A DNA stretch of 64,000 nt from a virus. The stretch spans positions 19,426 through 83,425 of IMG/VR virus record IMGVR_UViG_3300045256_000188, one strand, 5' to 3'. The translations under genes and the position numbers were made by a program. The notes under the pieces are model-generated. The model was not told the DNA's origin. It was given only the letters and a program-made list of their open reading frames with translations, and ran no database searches. Numbering within the stretch: the stretch's first letter is position 1; each line of letters starts with the position of its first letter. Positions 28,501 to 37,003 of this stretch are shown in pieces.

Positions 28501-31500
28501 CAGTGACGCGGGGCGTGACTTTCGACCAACTATCGCCGTTCCAGACTTCGACAATCTTACCAACCACGGCGTCGATCCGGCGGATGCCATCCCGGAGCTG
28601 TAATTTAGTGTCACCACTGACACACAGCTCGTACGACTCCAGGGACTGCTCCATGCATTGACCAATTATTATCCCATTGACAACAACTTTATTATGCCCC
28701 GGTTCGGTAAGACAGAAAGTCTCCTCCTCACCGACACGCTCAACAGACATGACCATCGCAAACAGTTTCGGTAAAGAGTTGCGGCTACCATGGTGGTCGG
28801 CCAACCAAGATGTAGCCTTTTCGGTTTTCGAAGCCTGTATAAAACCGATCTGATTCATGAACAGCTGAACGTTAGTACGACCGGAGATTATTAGTTCGTG
28901 GCCACCATTTCCATCGTTCATAAGTCTGGTGGTAACCGCTTGTCTTCGCAGGACGCTAGAATTGATCCCAAACTGCCTAAGCAACAGTTGACATTCATTC
29001 AAGAATGACTTCGATTTCTGGCCGGCCCTGATAGAGATTGATAGTTTGTAGTTGCTAATCTGTACACCACCGTCCGCACTAAAGAAGCCCCTAAGGAAAG
29101 CTGCCACTGTTTCGCGAGTGCCACCCCAAATAGATGTAGGGACCCTGTGCTTGTCGCCTGGAACAACACCGTCACTATTAAGCAATCGACCCAGGACATT
29201 GGACCTGATCGATTTCTGCCGATGGCTGAAATGCTCCTGACGGCGTTCACTGCCATCGAAATCGGGAGACTGATCACTGGATTGATTGTGCCGATGATAG
29301 ACATCCAATAGATTACGGCGCAACACCGGTAAGACCTCTTCGATATCGTCCTGATGACAGGCCACAAACGCCGTCACCTGACCATCACGCTGTTGTGACA
29401 GTGAGCCATCTCCGATCACCCAGCCAGCCAATTCAGCATAGTGCGGATCGCTGAATTGCCCGAATGCTGGCACGAAATGAAGTGGCAAACGGTGACCCGG
29501 AACCAATTCACATAGCCGTACCCTGTGCTCAACCATATCATCATCCAAGACTACGAAGACATGATCAGCGGTGGCGTCGATATACTGACCATTACTAAGC
29601 ATCACGCGGAATATTTCAGCACGTTCGCTAGTTCGATAAACATTGGTAGCAGTAACCACACCAGCATGGTTTACTACTCTGAGTGTGCCATGCTTGTCAA
29701 CGGATGGTTGACCGCTATACTCCTGAAACCCACCACTTACCCACAGTTCGCGCATCGTGCGATATCCGTTCTCGGTCAACAACCTCATGGCTCCCGCAAA
29801 ACAAGGGTTCGCCCCCATCACGCGGCCATCCACACCGGGCTTGAGGCCGTCCACCATCCGCCCGTAGTCGCGGACGTTGTTGAGCCAGATGATACCCGGC
29901 TCGCCGTTGACGCCGATCTGCTGACCGACAGGACGGTAATCCATGCCGAGCTTGGCGAAGATCGAGTTGTTGGATGCCCAGCGGTGGTGGTTAAGGGCGT
30001 TCCAGGTCTGGATTGCCGGCAGCAACCGCTCATCCGGGATGTCCTTACCGGCGAAGTCGTCCTTGGTGGCCGAGTTCCGCTTGGCGGCGTAAATCTTGCC
30101 CGTAACTTCGAACCACGCATCCATGTCCTGCGGCAGCAGGGTCTTGGTCGGGTTCTTCATCGAGCAGTACGCTTCGTCGTCGGCGTCACCGAAGGCGATT
30201 TCGGCGGTGTTATGCACCAAACGCCCCTCCGCCACGAACTCGCTGCGGTCCGGCACGGACAGATCGTAGGTCTCGACGGTCACTCCCTCGTCCACGACTG
30301 AGGTCACCGCCACCGGAATCAGACCCTTTGTCTTCAGGCCCAGCGTAGTAGCACTTGAATAGGTCATCTGTTCCTGTTGCGGCGTCCAGGTTCGGCCGTA
30401 GTCAGCATACATCACACTCTTGCTGACCATCTCCGTCGGGTAGCCGAAATCGTGGCCGCTGGCCCGTCCCATCTCGCGAAGCTGCTTGACCGCATGGGGC
30501 TGGACATGCTGGCGGAAACCGGCGATGGCATACTCGCCCAGCAACGAGATCTCCCATTTGGCCTGGCCAGCAGCGTCGGCCTTCTTACGGAGCCGCAATT
30601 TGGTCGGGATACCAAGGCTTGAGTATACGGCCTGCACCTGCCGTAGGAAGTCACGATATACGCTAGTCACCAGGGTGGTTGGACGGTTCTTGGTGGAACC
30701 GTCGCTGTCCAGCAGCCCGGCGAGGTAGGCAGATCTGATCTCCGGGATCCCCATGCGGATACAGGCCGGTACGTCAAGGGGCTTACGGGCCTGCTTAACG
30801 TGAGTGTACAAATAGTGGGCCAGTCGCTTGGAAATGACACGGATCTTGCGACAATTATCTTGGCTGCGTTGCTCGCCGGGGGCGTCGAAACCGAAGGCCG
30901 CAAATCCGGCGTTCACTTTGGCGGTGATACCATCATGGTATTCGTCTCGATTTACGGGGATCGTCACCGAGGCTCCATGGTACTTGCGGCCCTTGTGGGC
31001 ACGCCCAGGATACACGTAGCCGCCGCCATGTACGGCCCCCAGGAACCACGCCACGTCCGTGGTCAGACCGGGGACGATCAGGGTTGACCCGCGGCCGGAT
31101 AGGTCACTGTAGCCGGGCAGGACGGTATCGGTACCGGGGATGACGGCATCCACGAACACCATTCGGTCACCGGCCCGGAGTTCGTGGGCACGCTTCCACT
31201 CGTATTGGTCCAGGCCGCTCATCACGGCGATCCGGTGCCTGTCGGTGCAGCGGAACGGCCCCATCAGACTGTTGATGGTCACCACCCGCTGAACCCCCTG
31301 GGCCACGTTTTCGGCGACCGGGTAATAGCCGTCGGCGGTGAGGACTAAATCACCGACCTGTACCTGTTCGATCGGGACCAACCCGCGTTTGAGGTGAACC
31401 AGGGTGCCCTTGGGCAAGCACCGACGGACATTCCCAGCAACCACGCAACGACCAATGTAGTTCATCAAGTCGGTGATGTCCACCGAATCGAGGGTCTGGC

Positions 31501-34432
31501 CGATCTTCCGGTCCAGGTGGGCTCGAATGAGGACGTGCAGTTCGATCAGGATACTAGGGCCGCTGGCCTTGCCGCCAAAGCCCTTGATGTCCGACCCTTC
31601 CTTTCGAATCTGGGAATAGTCGAACTCGACGATGCCTTCCTTGTAGGCCACGGTGTAGGAGCGGATCAGGTGGCGTACCGAGTCAACCCAGCCCTCGCGG
31701 GAGTCTGGGATGACAAACGGCCGAATGATGCTTGGATTGGGCTGGTAGATGTTGATCTTGCCAGCACCCTTGGTATCAAACCCGACGCCCACGCCGAGCA
31801 TCGACATGTCCATGAGGAAGCAGAACGGCTCAGCCGGGTCTGACTCCGACAGATCGGAGGTCGAGACGAAGCCGCAGTTCCGGGAATGGATACCGTCAGC
31901 GAGAGCAAATGAGTGGTAATCTGGAACCTGTGGGCAGAAGACTTCTTCGTACCGGTCGGTTGGCTCCACTGACTTGACGCGCCAGTGATATACAGGCCGC
32001 GTCCGGTGACTGGACCAGGACTCGAATCGACGGCGATGTTCTTTCAGCAAGAAGAACTCAGGCCGTAAATGAGACCCCATAAGCCCAATCTCATAACTGT
32101 CGAAGGTCTTAACTTCCCCATCATGCTTGACAACTTGATGGCTCTTGATGATAGAATATGTGCCAATACCAAGAACGGCACACACGTCACGCACGACTAG
32201 AAGATTGGACTTCTTACTGCTGCTAATCCTGATACAGTTGCCTTTCTTGTTGATCTTCCCGTCAGCAGCGAAGTAACCGGCGAGCCAGCCATAGAGATAA
32301 CTGCTCGACTCACGCAGAGACGGTGGTTCTTTGAAGAATCGCGGAAGATCCGCGACTCGCACCGCCCCACCCTCACACTTGTCGGGATGATCGGTAGTCG
32401 GGCAAGAGTTGAAGTACTTGAGCAGTTCCCTATCCTTGTGGCCACACAGATAAATAGATGCTCCGCTGTGACCAGCTGCCGGGGTATTGCCGTCACCATA
32501 CGTGATCCCGTGGGCGATGCCAAAGTTACTTGGCCGAAGTTCACCACCGATGCCACGTCCAAACAGGTATCGCAGGCAATCAACGCCGGGTTTGAGGTCC
32601 TTAGTAGTGCAGATGCGATAAGGAGCCGTTCTCCGCCTCTTGGCTGTGATGACAGCCACACTCACACCATCGGACTGACTGGCATGGTTTGCCGGTGCGA
32701 ACCGGCGATCACGTGCGTACCACTCATGATCAGCGGTAGCGTAGATGATCTTCTCTGAACCAGAACGCTCAAGAGTGATTTTCCATAGTTGTTGCACCCC
32801 AAACGATTTGATAGGTGCTTCAACCCAGCGTCCACCCTCGGTCAGTAGCGTCTGGACGGTGCCAGCCAATTCACCTATGGGCTTGATGCCGTCGCGAGTA
32901 ACAATCTCCTCTTCGGCCGGGAGACAGTTCCCGGTCAAGATGTTGTCTTCGAGGACGAAACATCCCTTGCCAGGAACTGTGGCACAATATACTTCCTCTT
33001 CCCGATCAGTTTCTTCGACCGATTCCACGATCCATTTTTCGCGATGGCTACCGCCGCGTTCCTTCCAGGCCAGGAATCGCTGGCGGTGATGAGACAGCAG
33101 GAAGAAGTCTTCGGTCAGGTGCTCCAATTTCAGGTACACCCGGTATCCAACGAATTCGCGGCGGTCACCGCGGTGGTTCACCACATGCATGCCCTGTTGT
33201 ACTAGACCGGTGCCGATACCGAGAACAGCACAGACCTCACGTACCAGTTCCATGTTCTCCTGTTTCGAGGAATGGATAAACGCCGTACATGCCTTCTTAT
33301 TGATAGAGCCGTCAGCAGCGAAATATCCGGCCAGCCAACCGTACAAGTACGCCTTACACTCACGCAGATCCGGCGGCGACTTATAGTGGCGTGGCAGATC
33401 AGCCACCCGGATCGCGCCCTCCTTGCCCTTGCGTGGGTCGAAACTCGTCGGCGATTTCGAGAAGAACTCTAGTAATTCAAAGTTCTTCTTGCCGCAGAGA
33501 TAGAGATAGCTGCCGGTGCTCTTATCCTTGTGACCGAGCGTCCCATCGCCAAAGCAGATGCCATGGGCGATGCCGAACTGCGACGGTCGAACGCTCTGAA
33601 CGCCTTGCCCATAGACCATCTGAAGCTCGTGCCCGATCTCCAGATTGCGTGTAAGCGTTTCCTGGAACGGCCCCTTACGCCGGATGTGACGAAGCCGTTC
33701 GTCCCGGTCCACTCCGGCCGGGATTCGATTCAGTGCTGGTCTAGCGAACCAGCGGTGATCAGGGGTGGCGTAGATGACCTTGCGAGTCCTGAACCGCTTC
33801 AGGACTATTTTCATCAGTTTCTGTCTGCCGAAACTGCGGATTGGTGCATCTACCCACTCACCGTTGCTAGTCATCAACATCTGAGTGGTACCGGCCAGCT
33901 CCCCAATGGGCTTGATCCCATCTCTGGTGATGATCCGTGTGTTGAATTCCAGACAGTTGTTCAAGGCGGCGGAGCCCCGTTCCCACATGAACTTGGTGCC
34001 CATCATCCAGAGCCCGCGGCCCGGCGGCAGGAACTTGAAGTCCCACATCCGCTGAAACATCTCCTGGGCACTGGCCTGGGCTTTTTCAGCGGTCCAGGGG
34101 ATGTGCAGGTGATTGCAGTGTCGCCGCTGGATCTCGTAGCAGCCTTCAACGACCCGCTGGACGACGTCGAGGAACGTCTCCTTGCTGCCGTCCTCCTTGA
34201 GGCGGGAGTAGGTGCGGTAGAAGACGAATTCACCGAGTCCGCTGAAGCCGAATTTGGGCTTCTTCCCCTTGTACCCCTTGAGGAATGCCGGATCGAGGGT
34301 GAAATGAGCTTCTCCCTGTCCGCCGCCGAGATACTTCTCGGCGATGTTATAGATCTCGGCTTGCGGAGACAGGGGGATAGCGGGGCCATTCCCCACGGCC
34401 GCTGGCCGCAGGTTCAAGAGGATAACAGACAC
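25511..34432 (-). CDS. nrdJ: Class II adenosylcobalamin-dependent ribonucleotide reductase with six inteins; about 743 aa after splicing
   Basis: RTYSR, PPGRGLW, LNNC, GVGVGF, DSREGW, VAGNVRR, NPC-EQ-LE-YELC, NRRIG, KPSGTVS, C-terminal CDNDKC; start set at GTG after GGAGAG. Confidence 0.95.
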   Translation of the reverse strand: MSVILLNLRPAAVGNGPAIPLSPQAEIYNIAEKYLGGGQGEAHFTLDPAFLKGYKGKKPKFGFSGLGEFVFYRTYSRLKEDGSKETFLDVVQRVVEGCYEIQRRHCNHLHIPWTAEKAQASAQEMFQRMWDFKFLPPGRGLWMMGTKFMWERGSAALNNCLEFNTRIITRDGIKPIGELAGTTQMLMTSNGEWVDAPIRSFGRQKLMKIVLKRFRTRKVIYATPDHRWFARPALNRIPAGVDRDERLRHIRRKGPFQETLTRNLEIGHELQMVYGQGVQSVRPSQFGIAHGICFGDGTLGHKDKSTGSYLYLCGKKNFELLEFFSKSPTSFDPRKGKEGAIRVADLPRHYKSPPDLRECKAYLYGWLAGYFAADGSINKKACTAFIHSSKQENMELVREVCAVLGIGTGLVQQGMHVVNHRGDRREFVGYRVYLKLEHLTEDFFLLSHHRQRFLAWKERGGSHREKWIVESVEETDREEEVYCATVPGKGCFVLEDNILTGNCLPAEEEIVTRDGIKPIGELAGTVQTLLTEGGRWVEAPIKSFGVQQLWKITLERSGSEKIIYATADHEWYARDRRFAPANHASQSDGVSVAVITAKRRRTAPYRICTTKDLKPGVDCLRYLFGRGIGGELRPSNFGIAHGITYGDGNTPAAGHSGASIYLCGHKDRELLKYFNSCPTTDHPDKCEGGAVRVADLPRFFKEPPSLRESSSYLYGWLAGYFAADGKINKKGNCIRISSSKKSNLLVVRDVCAVLGIGTYSIIKSHQVVKHDGEVKTFDSYEIGLMGSHLRPEFFLLKEHRRRFESWSSHRTRPVYHWRVKSVEPTDRYEEVFCPQVPDYHSFALADGIHSRNCGFVSTSDLSESDPAEPFCFLMDMSMLGVGVGFDTKGAGKINIYQPNPSIIRPFVIPDSREGWVDSVRHLIRSYTVAYKEGIVEFDYSQIRKEGSDIKGFGGKASGPSILIELHVLIRAHLDRKIGQTLDSVDITDLMNYIGRCVVAGNVRRCLPKGTLVHLKRGLVPIEQVQVGDLVLTADGYYPVAENVAQGVQRVVTINSLMGPFRCTDRHRIAVMSGLDQYEWKRAHELRAGDRMVFVDAVIPGTDTVLPGYSDLSGRGSTLIVPGLTTDVAWFLGAVHGGGYVYPGRAHKGRKYHGASVTIPVNRDEYHDGITAKVNAGFAAFGFDAPGEQRSQDNCRKIRVISKRLAHYLYTHVKQARKPLDVPACIRMGIPEIRSAYLAGLLDSDGSTKNRPTTLVTSVYRDFLRQVQAVYSSLGIPTKLRLRKKADAAGQAKWEISLLGEYAIAGFRQHVQPHAVKQLREMGRASGHDFGYPTEMVSKSVMYADYGRTWTPQQEQMTYSSATTLGLKTKGLIPVAVTSVVDEGVTVETYDLSVPDRSEFVAEGRLVHNTAEIAFGDADDEAYCSMKNPTKTLLPQDMDAWFEVTGKIYAAKRNSATKDDFAGKDIPDERLLPAIQTWNALNHHRWASNNSIFAKLGMDYRPVGQQIGVNGEPGIIWLNNVRDYGRMVDGLKPGVDGRVMGANPCFAGAMRLLTENGYRTMRELWVSGGFQEYSGQPSVDKHGTLRVVNHAGVVTATNVYRTSERAEIFRVMLSNGQYIDATADHVFVVLDDDMVEHRVRLCELVPGHRLPLHFVPAFGQFSDPHYAELAGWVIGDGSLSQQRDGQVTAFVACHQDDIEEVLPVLRRNLLDVYHRHNQSSDQSPDFDGSERRQEHFSHRQKSIRSNVLGRLLNSDGVVPGDKHRVPTSIWGGTRETVAAFLRGFFSADGGVQISNYKLSISIRAGQKSKSFLNECQLLLRQFGINSSVLRRQAVTTRLMNDGNGGHELIISGRTNVQLFMNQIGFIQASKTEKATSWLADHHGSRNSLPKLFAMVMSVERVGEEETFCLTEPGHNKVVVNGIIIGQCMEQSLESYELCVSGDTKLQLRDGIRRIDAVVGKIVEVWNGDSWSKVTPRVTGSDRELYRVHFSDGSYLDATGNHGWSVRPVGKRVYRRVGTLQLQPGDRVLGFSLGRVAGNKVSNAFEMGYATGDGDLVNRPRYTRPMAVACGQKAKLKTLDMGGRWYKPQNKDGYGDPYNRINLRDCMTSDQLRELRDKNAGLPAWVMAFDRESILEFIAGWIESDGCVCKQANTHSYRIYGLEAKIRDAQLLLRRAGINHASVNFYHPAGQVTNKGVRQNDLWYIQIPSFECGEIPTRVKRATKIGSRIKPNPRYSNRGIDVAQKQYVVAVEKLPGLHTTYCFDEPDNHMGVFGNVITYQCNLVETFPSNHDDANDYMRTLKFAYLYAKTVTLLPTHNRRTNQVTLRNRRIGLSQSGIVEAFAKFGRRTVLKDFCDAGYNEIRRWDQIYSEWMCVPKSIKVTSVKPSGCRPWHALTTTSAGLLTLEELFEMSGHQDGERWCDMTKEVIAVQGDGIDSSRSMMAGVATAIGDRITKTYDNGLSDVVKVKLNYNFMLESTPNHQWFVVSRYDRGKKRKLSQVNDWKRADELLPGDIVQLTPGIYSCRNHAALCKLSSRHVSMRGPVAAIEQPTHMNPDLAWLLGYMWGDGSQSFLKFRMRYTDQNLSNLHKAQRVILEQFGVETKITRASQGRDAFVLEVGSKLLWHWLLINDCLKIKSNADLIPKCIRSSSYEDILAFLAGLCDSDGCIGRRASDQYPIISMSGDLFARHVQDVALAVGLVFSRSLNAKGRNHQGVRRMWSLSGMKHTVDDRFALFAKHCNKCVEDAVADLPWTHQVGKKNRLFGKVVAVTQGERQRTYDVEVDNSHWYYAGAVKSHNTVSLVVGVSPGIHHPEAGTYWRLVRVAKDSVLVKILREAGFKVEPVLSDPDRTVVVYFGVKGESGVRPVGEVSIWEQMQNAVDYQRYWADNQVSCTVKFKPHEAADIARVLEAFEDQLKGISFLPHVDHGYAQAPYIPCEAAEVEEYNSKLGNADYSEYLYEAVGSQFCDNDKCAMPT
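26048..27274 (-). mobile_element. NrdJ intein 5 (409 aa, LAGLIDADG)
   Basis: KPSG|CRPWHALTTTSAG ... STPNH ... LAGLCDSDG ... TYDVEV ... KSHN|TVS. Confidence 0.92.
27599..28624 (-). mobile_element. NrdJ intein 4 (342 aa, LAGLIDADG, C-terminal Gln)
   Basis: SYEL|CVSGDTKLQLRDG ... IAGWIESDG ... TYCFDE ... VITYQ|CNLVE. Confidence 0.92.
28658..29803 (-). mobile_element. NrdJ intein 3 (382 aa, LAGLIDADG, C-terminal Gln)
   Basis: GANP|CFAGAMRLLTENG ... LRGFFSADG ... TFCLTE ... IIIGQ|CMEQ. Confidence 0.92.
30209..31420 (-). mobile_element. NrdJ intein 2 (404 aa, LAGLIDADG)
   Basis: GNVRR|CLPKGTLV ... LAGLLDSDG ... TYDLSV ... LVHN|TAEI. Confidence 0.93.
31877..32926 (-). mobile_element. NrdJ intein 1b (350 aa, LAGLIDADG), directly abutting intein 1a
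   Basis: TGN|CLPAEEEIVTRDG ... ATADH ... LAGYFAADG ... VFCPQV ... IHSRN|CGFVST. Confidence 0.92.
32927..33955 (-). mobile_element. NrdJ intein 1a (343 aa, LAGLIDADG)
   Basis: ALNN|CLEFNTRIITRDG ... ATPDH ... LAGYFAADG ... VYCATV ... ILTGN|C. Confidence 0.92.
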
Positions 34433-35085
34433 GGTTCTCTCCAGTCTTGCTCGAAGATGTCGCGGGCTTGGTTGAGGTTTCCCTGATCCTTCAGGAATTC
34501 CTGCCACAGGATGTACAATTCGGTCTGCCTGGGTAACAATCCCCGTTCGTCTGGGTAGTCGCGGTTGAGTCGAGCCAGAACTTTGGAGCAGGACCGCGAC
34601 AGTGCGAGATAGAGCGGTGTGATACGGGACGCCTGGAACCACATAGTCAGGTTACAAAACCCGTCAGGGTCTGCCCGACTTGATAGCACTTCCACGGCGT
34701 TGCCATCGCCAATTTTCTTGCTGAGCCAGGACTTGATGTGCCGGAGGGAATCGGTCGTTCGCGTGTTGTTGTTGGACTCTTCTTGCAGTTCCTCGTAGCA
34801 CAGATCCAGCATGTTGTGCTGGTGCAGTACTGCGAGTCCCTTGTTCAGCAGTCCCTTCTCTTTCGCGAGCCGCACGGCGATGTCGATGAACTTCTTCGCC
34901 GCTTCATCCGGTAGTTCCCACTCCTCAAACTTTTTAGCGATGGCCGTCGCATACCGCCACTGGTAAGTCTTGGACGGGTCCGTACCGGCCGGGAGGCTCA
35001 GCCTACGGCCTTGCCGTAGATAGGCTTCTGAGCACCAGGACCAGACGTCGAGCACCCGGTTGTCGTCCACTTGCGACCTCTTCAT
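34414..35085 (-). CDS. Hypothetical protein
   Basis: Start refined to MKRSQVDD; the 3' end overlaps the nrdJ start. Confidence 0.65.
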   Translation of the reverse strand: MKRSQVDDNRVLDVWSWCSEAYLRQGRRLSLPAGTDPSKTYQWRYATAIAKKFEEWELPDEAAKKFIDIAVRLAKEKGLLNKGLAVLHQHNMLDLCYEELQEESNNNTRTTDSLRHIKSWLSKKIGDGNAVEVLSSRADPDGFCNLTMWFQASRITPLYLALSRSCSKVLARLNRDYPDERGLLPRQTELYILWQEFLKDQGNLNQARDIFEQDWREPCLLSS

Positions 35086-35110
35086 GCGGATGTCAATACA
35101 AGGAGCTTCG

Positions 35111-35488
35111 ATGACTGACAAGCCCGCACTCCCAGACAAGCAGAAGGCCAAGAATGCACCAGATGTGGCCACCACTATCGATGCCCCAGCAGTGGCCCAA
35201 AACGGGGTTGGCGAGGGTGCTTCCGACCCTCGCCAGGACAGTTTTGACGCTCGATTCGCGAAGCTAACCAATGGATTTGGTCAAGCCTGCGAACAGGAGG
35301 GTGTCGAAATCGCGATAGCTATCGCCATCCACCCGGAAGAGAAGCACCCCATCATATTCATGCGGGGCCACCAATACGACGTCGGGGTGCTCTTAGCAGA
35401 CGTGCTTCGGCAGTTCTCACGACGGCTGATCGGGCCTCTCAACGCCAACCCGAACTACGAGCCAGAAGAAGACGAGAACGACGAATGA
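35111..35488 (+). CDS. Hypothetical protein
   Basis: AGGAG RBS before ATG (MTDKPALP); acidic tail. Confidence 0.65.
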   Translation: MTDKPALPDKQKAKNAPDVATTIDAPAVAQNGVGEGASDPRQDSFDARFAKLTNGFGQACEQEGVEIAIAIAIHPEEKHPIIFMRGHQYDVGVLLADVLRQFSRRLIGPLNANPNYEPEEDENDE

Positions 35489-36221
35489 GATAGTAGGGCG
35501 TCCCGGATCTCGGTGTAGACCTGCCGAGCCGCCGTTTCTCGCGTATACCCGTCCGGCGGATTGGTGATCGGCCGACCCACCACGATCATGTCGGCCCCGG
35601 CCTTCATCGCCTCCGCCGGGGTCATTACCCACTTCTGGTCATTTGCTGCCGCCCACTCAGGGCGGATACCGGGAGTGATCTTCTTGAACTTGTCGAACAG
35701 CCCCTCTTGCTTGAGGTGCTCCAGGTCTTTTGACGAACAGATCAGAGCCTCGATACCCGCTTCATGAGCCCGCCGAACCAGCAGACCGACCCCACTGCAT
35801 CTGCGTCCGACCGGCCGTGCATATCGAAACCGAGCGATGACAAATCTTGAGCGTCCATCGAGGTAAGCACCGTCACCGCTGCCACCGTCATGGCCTTTCC
35901 TGCCGCTTCCTTGGCCTTCCGCATTGCCTCGACGCCCGCCGTGGCGTGCATGTTAATGAGATCAACGGAAAGGCCACGGAACACACGAACGGCCCGTTCC
36001 ACAGTGGTTGGGGTGTCATTCAGTTTAATGTCGTAGAAGACCTTCCCGCCATACTGCTTGATCCAGCCGATCACCTTGGCCGCTTCCTGGCTGGCGATCA
36101 GTTCCAGACCCACCTTGTACCAACCCACGTGTTGGTGAGTCTATTCGATCACCAGCAGAGCACTGGAAACATCAGGTACGTCCAGAGCCACGATGATCCG
36201 GTCCGCGATCGCGTCAGCCAT
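35455..36221 (-). pseudogene. pyrF: Orotidine-5'-phosphate decarboxylase, disrupted by an in-frame TAG and a frameshift
   Basis: IIVALD, YKVGLE, FYDIKLNDTPTTV, VTVLTS, ITPGIRP, DQKWVMTP, GADMIVVGRPIT; TAG at 36141-36143; frameshift near 35780. Confidence 0.88.
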
Positions 36222-36224
36222 CCG

Positions 36225-36626
36225 TCACCTCGGATTTGAGAGAAGTGCCATGATATCTACTTTGGTGGTTGCATCCACCTGTTCATAGCACTTACTCAAC
36301 ACGCGGAACAAAGGCGTAGACGAATCGATCTCCCACCGGTATACGGTGATCATGAACTCCTTACCACTCGACATGTTCAAGCAGATCGGAACCAGAGCCC
36401 GCATGCTGGCACCCTTCAAGTTCTCCATCAAAAACTTGATGAAAACATCAGTCTTGGGATCGTCGTCATCAATGTAAGTGCGGAGGGACCCTTCAATACC
36501 GCGGAGAACCTGATCCCAACTGAAACAGGGATAGACACAATCAGCATCCTGGTGATACACCAGGGCCCACAGAACAATCACTTGACCTTTAAGGTCGGGA
36601 GAGATGTCAGTCTGTTGAGTAGGCAT
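36225..36626 (-). CDS. Hypothetical protein
   Basis: 133-aa ORF in the operon. Confidence 0.6.
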   Translation of the reverse strand: MPTQQTDISPDLKGQVIVLWALVYHQDADCVYPCFSWDQVLRGIEGSLRTYIDDDDPKTDVFIKFLMENLKGASMRALVPICLNMSSGKEFMITVYRWEIDSSTPLFRVLSKCYEQVDATTKVDIMALLSNPR

Positions 36627-37003
36627 TCAGGTAGCTCGCCTAACCTAGAGACGTCAAGTTTGCCGCCCTCGACCAGTCGGACGATATCGTCCCGCCGCAC
36701 CTGCCCACCCCTGTCCGAGAAGTATTCCTCGAACATGGCCCCCGACTTATGCACAATAAACATGTGCGGCACTAGCGAGGCTACGTCATAAGTATTTCCA
36801 GGCCCCAGGTGCGTCCGTATTACAAATGGCCCGAAAAACTCAACGATCTCTACCAACCCAGAAGTGACCGTGAACCTATTGGCCCGATGGCGATGGAAAT
36901 GCATCGAACAATACCCTCCCGCCACGATCTCCAACTCATGGCAGGAGTAGAACGGACTATCGACAAGCTCCTTGGTCCGACCCCAGACCTTATCCACCCA
37001 CAT
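36578..37003 (-). CDS. Cupin-fold protein (mannose-6-phosphate isomerase-like)
   Basis: KVWG ... CSMHFHRHRANRFTV.SG ... VPHMF. Confidence 0.75.
   Translation of the reverse strand: MWVDKVWGRTKELVDSPFYSCHELEIVAGGYCSMHFHRHRANRFTVTSGLVEIVEFFGPFVIRTHLGPGNTYDVASLVPHMFIVHKSGAMFEEYFSDRGGQVRRDDIVRLVEGGKLDVSRLGELPECLLNRLTSLPTLKVK

Noticed and set aside
31877-33955. Tandem intein as a simple assembly duplication
   Set aside because: The copies differ substantially in sequence and length (343 vs 350 aa) and the junction is exact and in frame; a strain chimera still needs a read check
34433-34642. ORF-track N-terminal extension of nrdJ
   Set aside because: Overlaps the upstream gene; GTG at 34432 has a GGAGAG RBS and gives the expected enzyme size
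36141-36143. In-frame TAG in pyrF as a sign of stop-codon reassignment
   Set aside because: nrdJ and other genes end properly at TAG, long genes are not fragmented, and the same gene also has a frameshift
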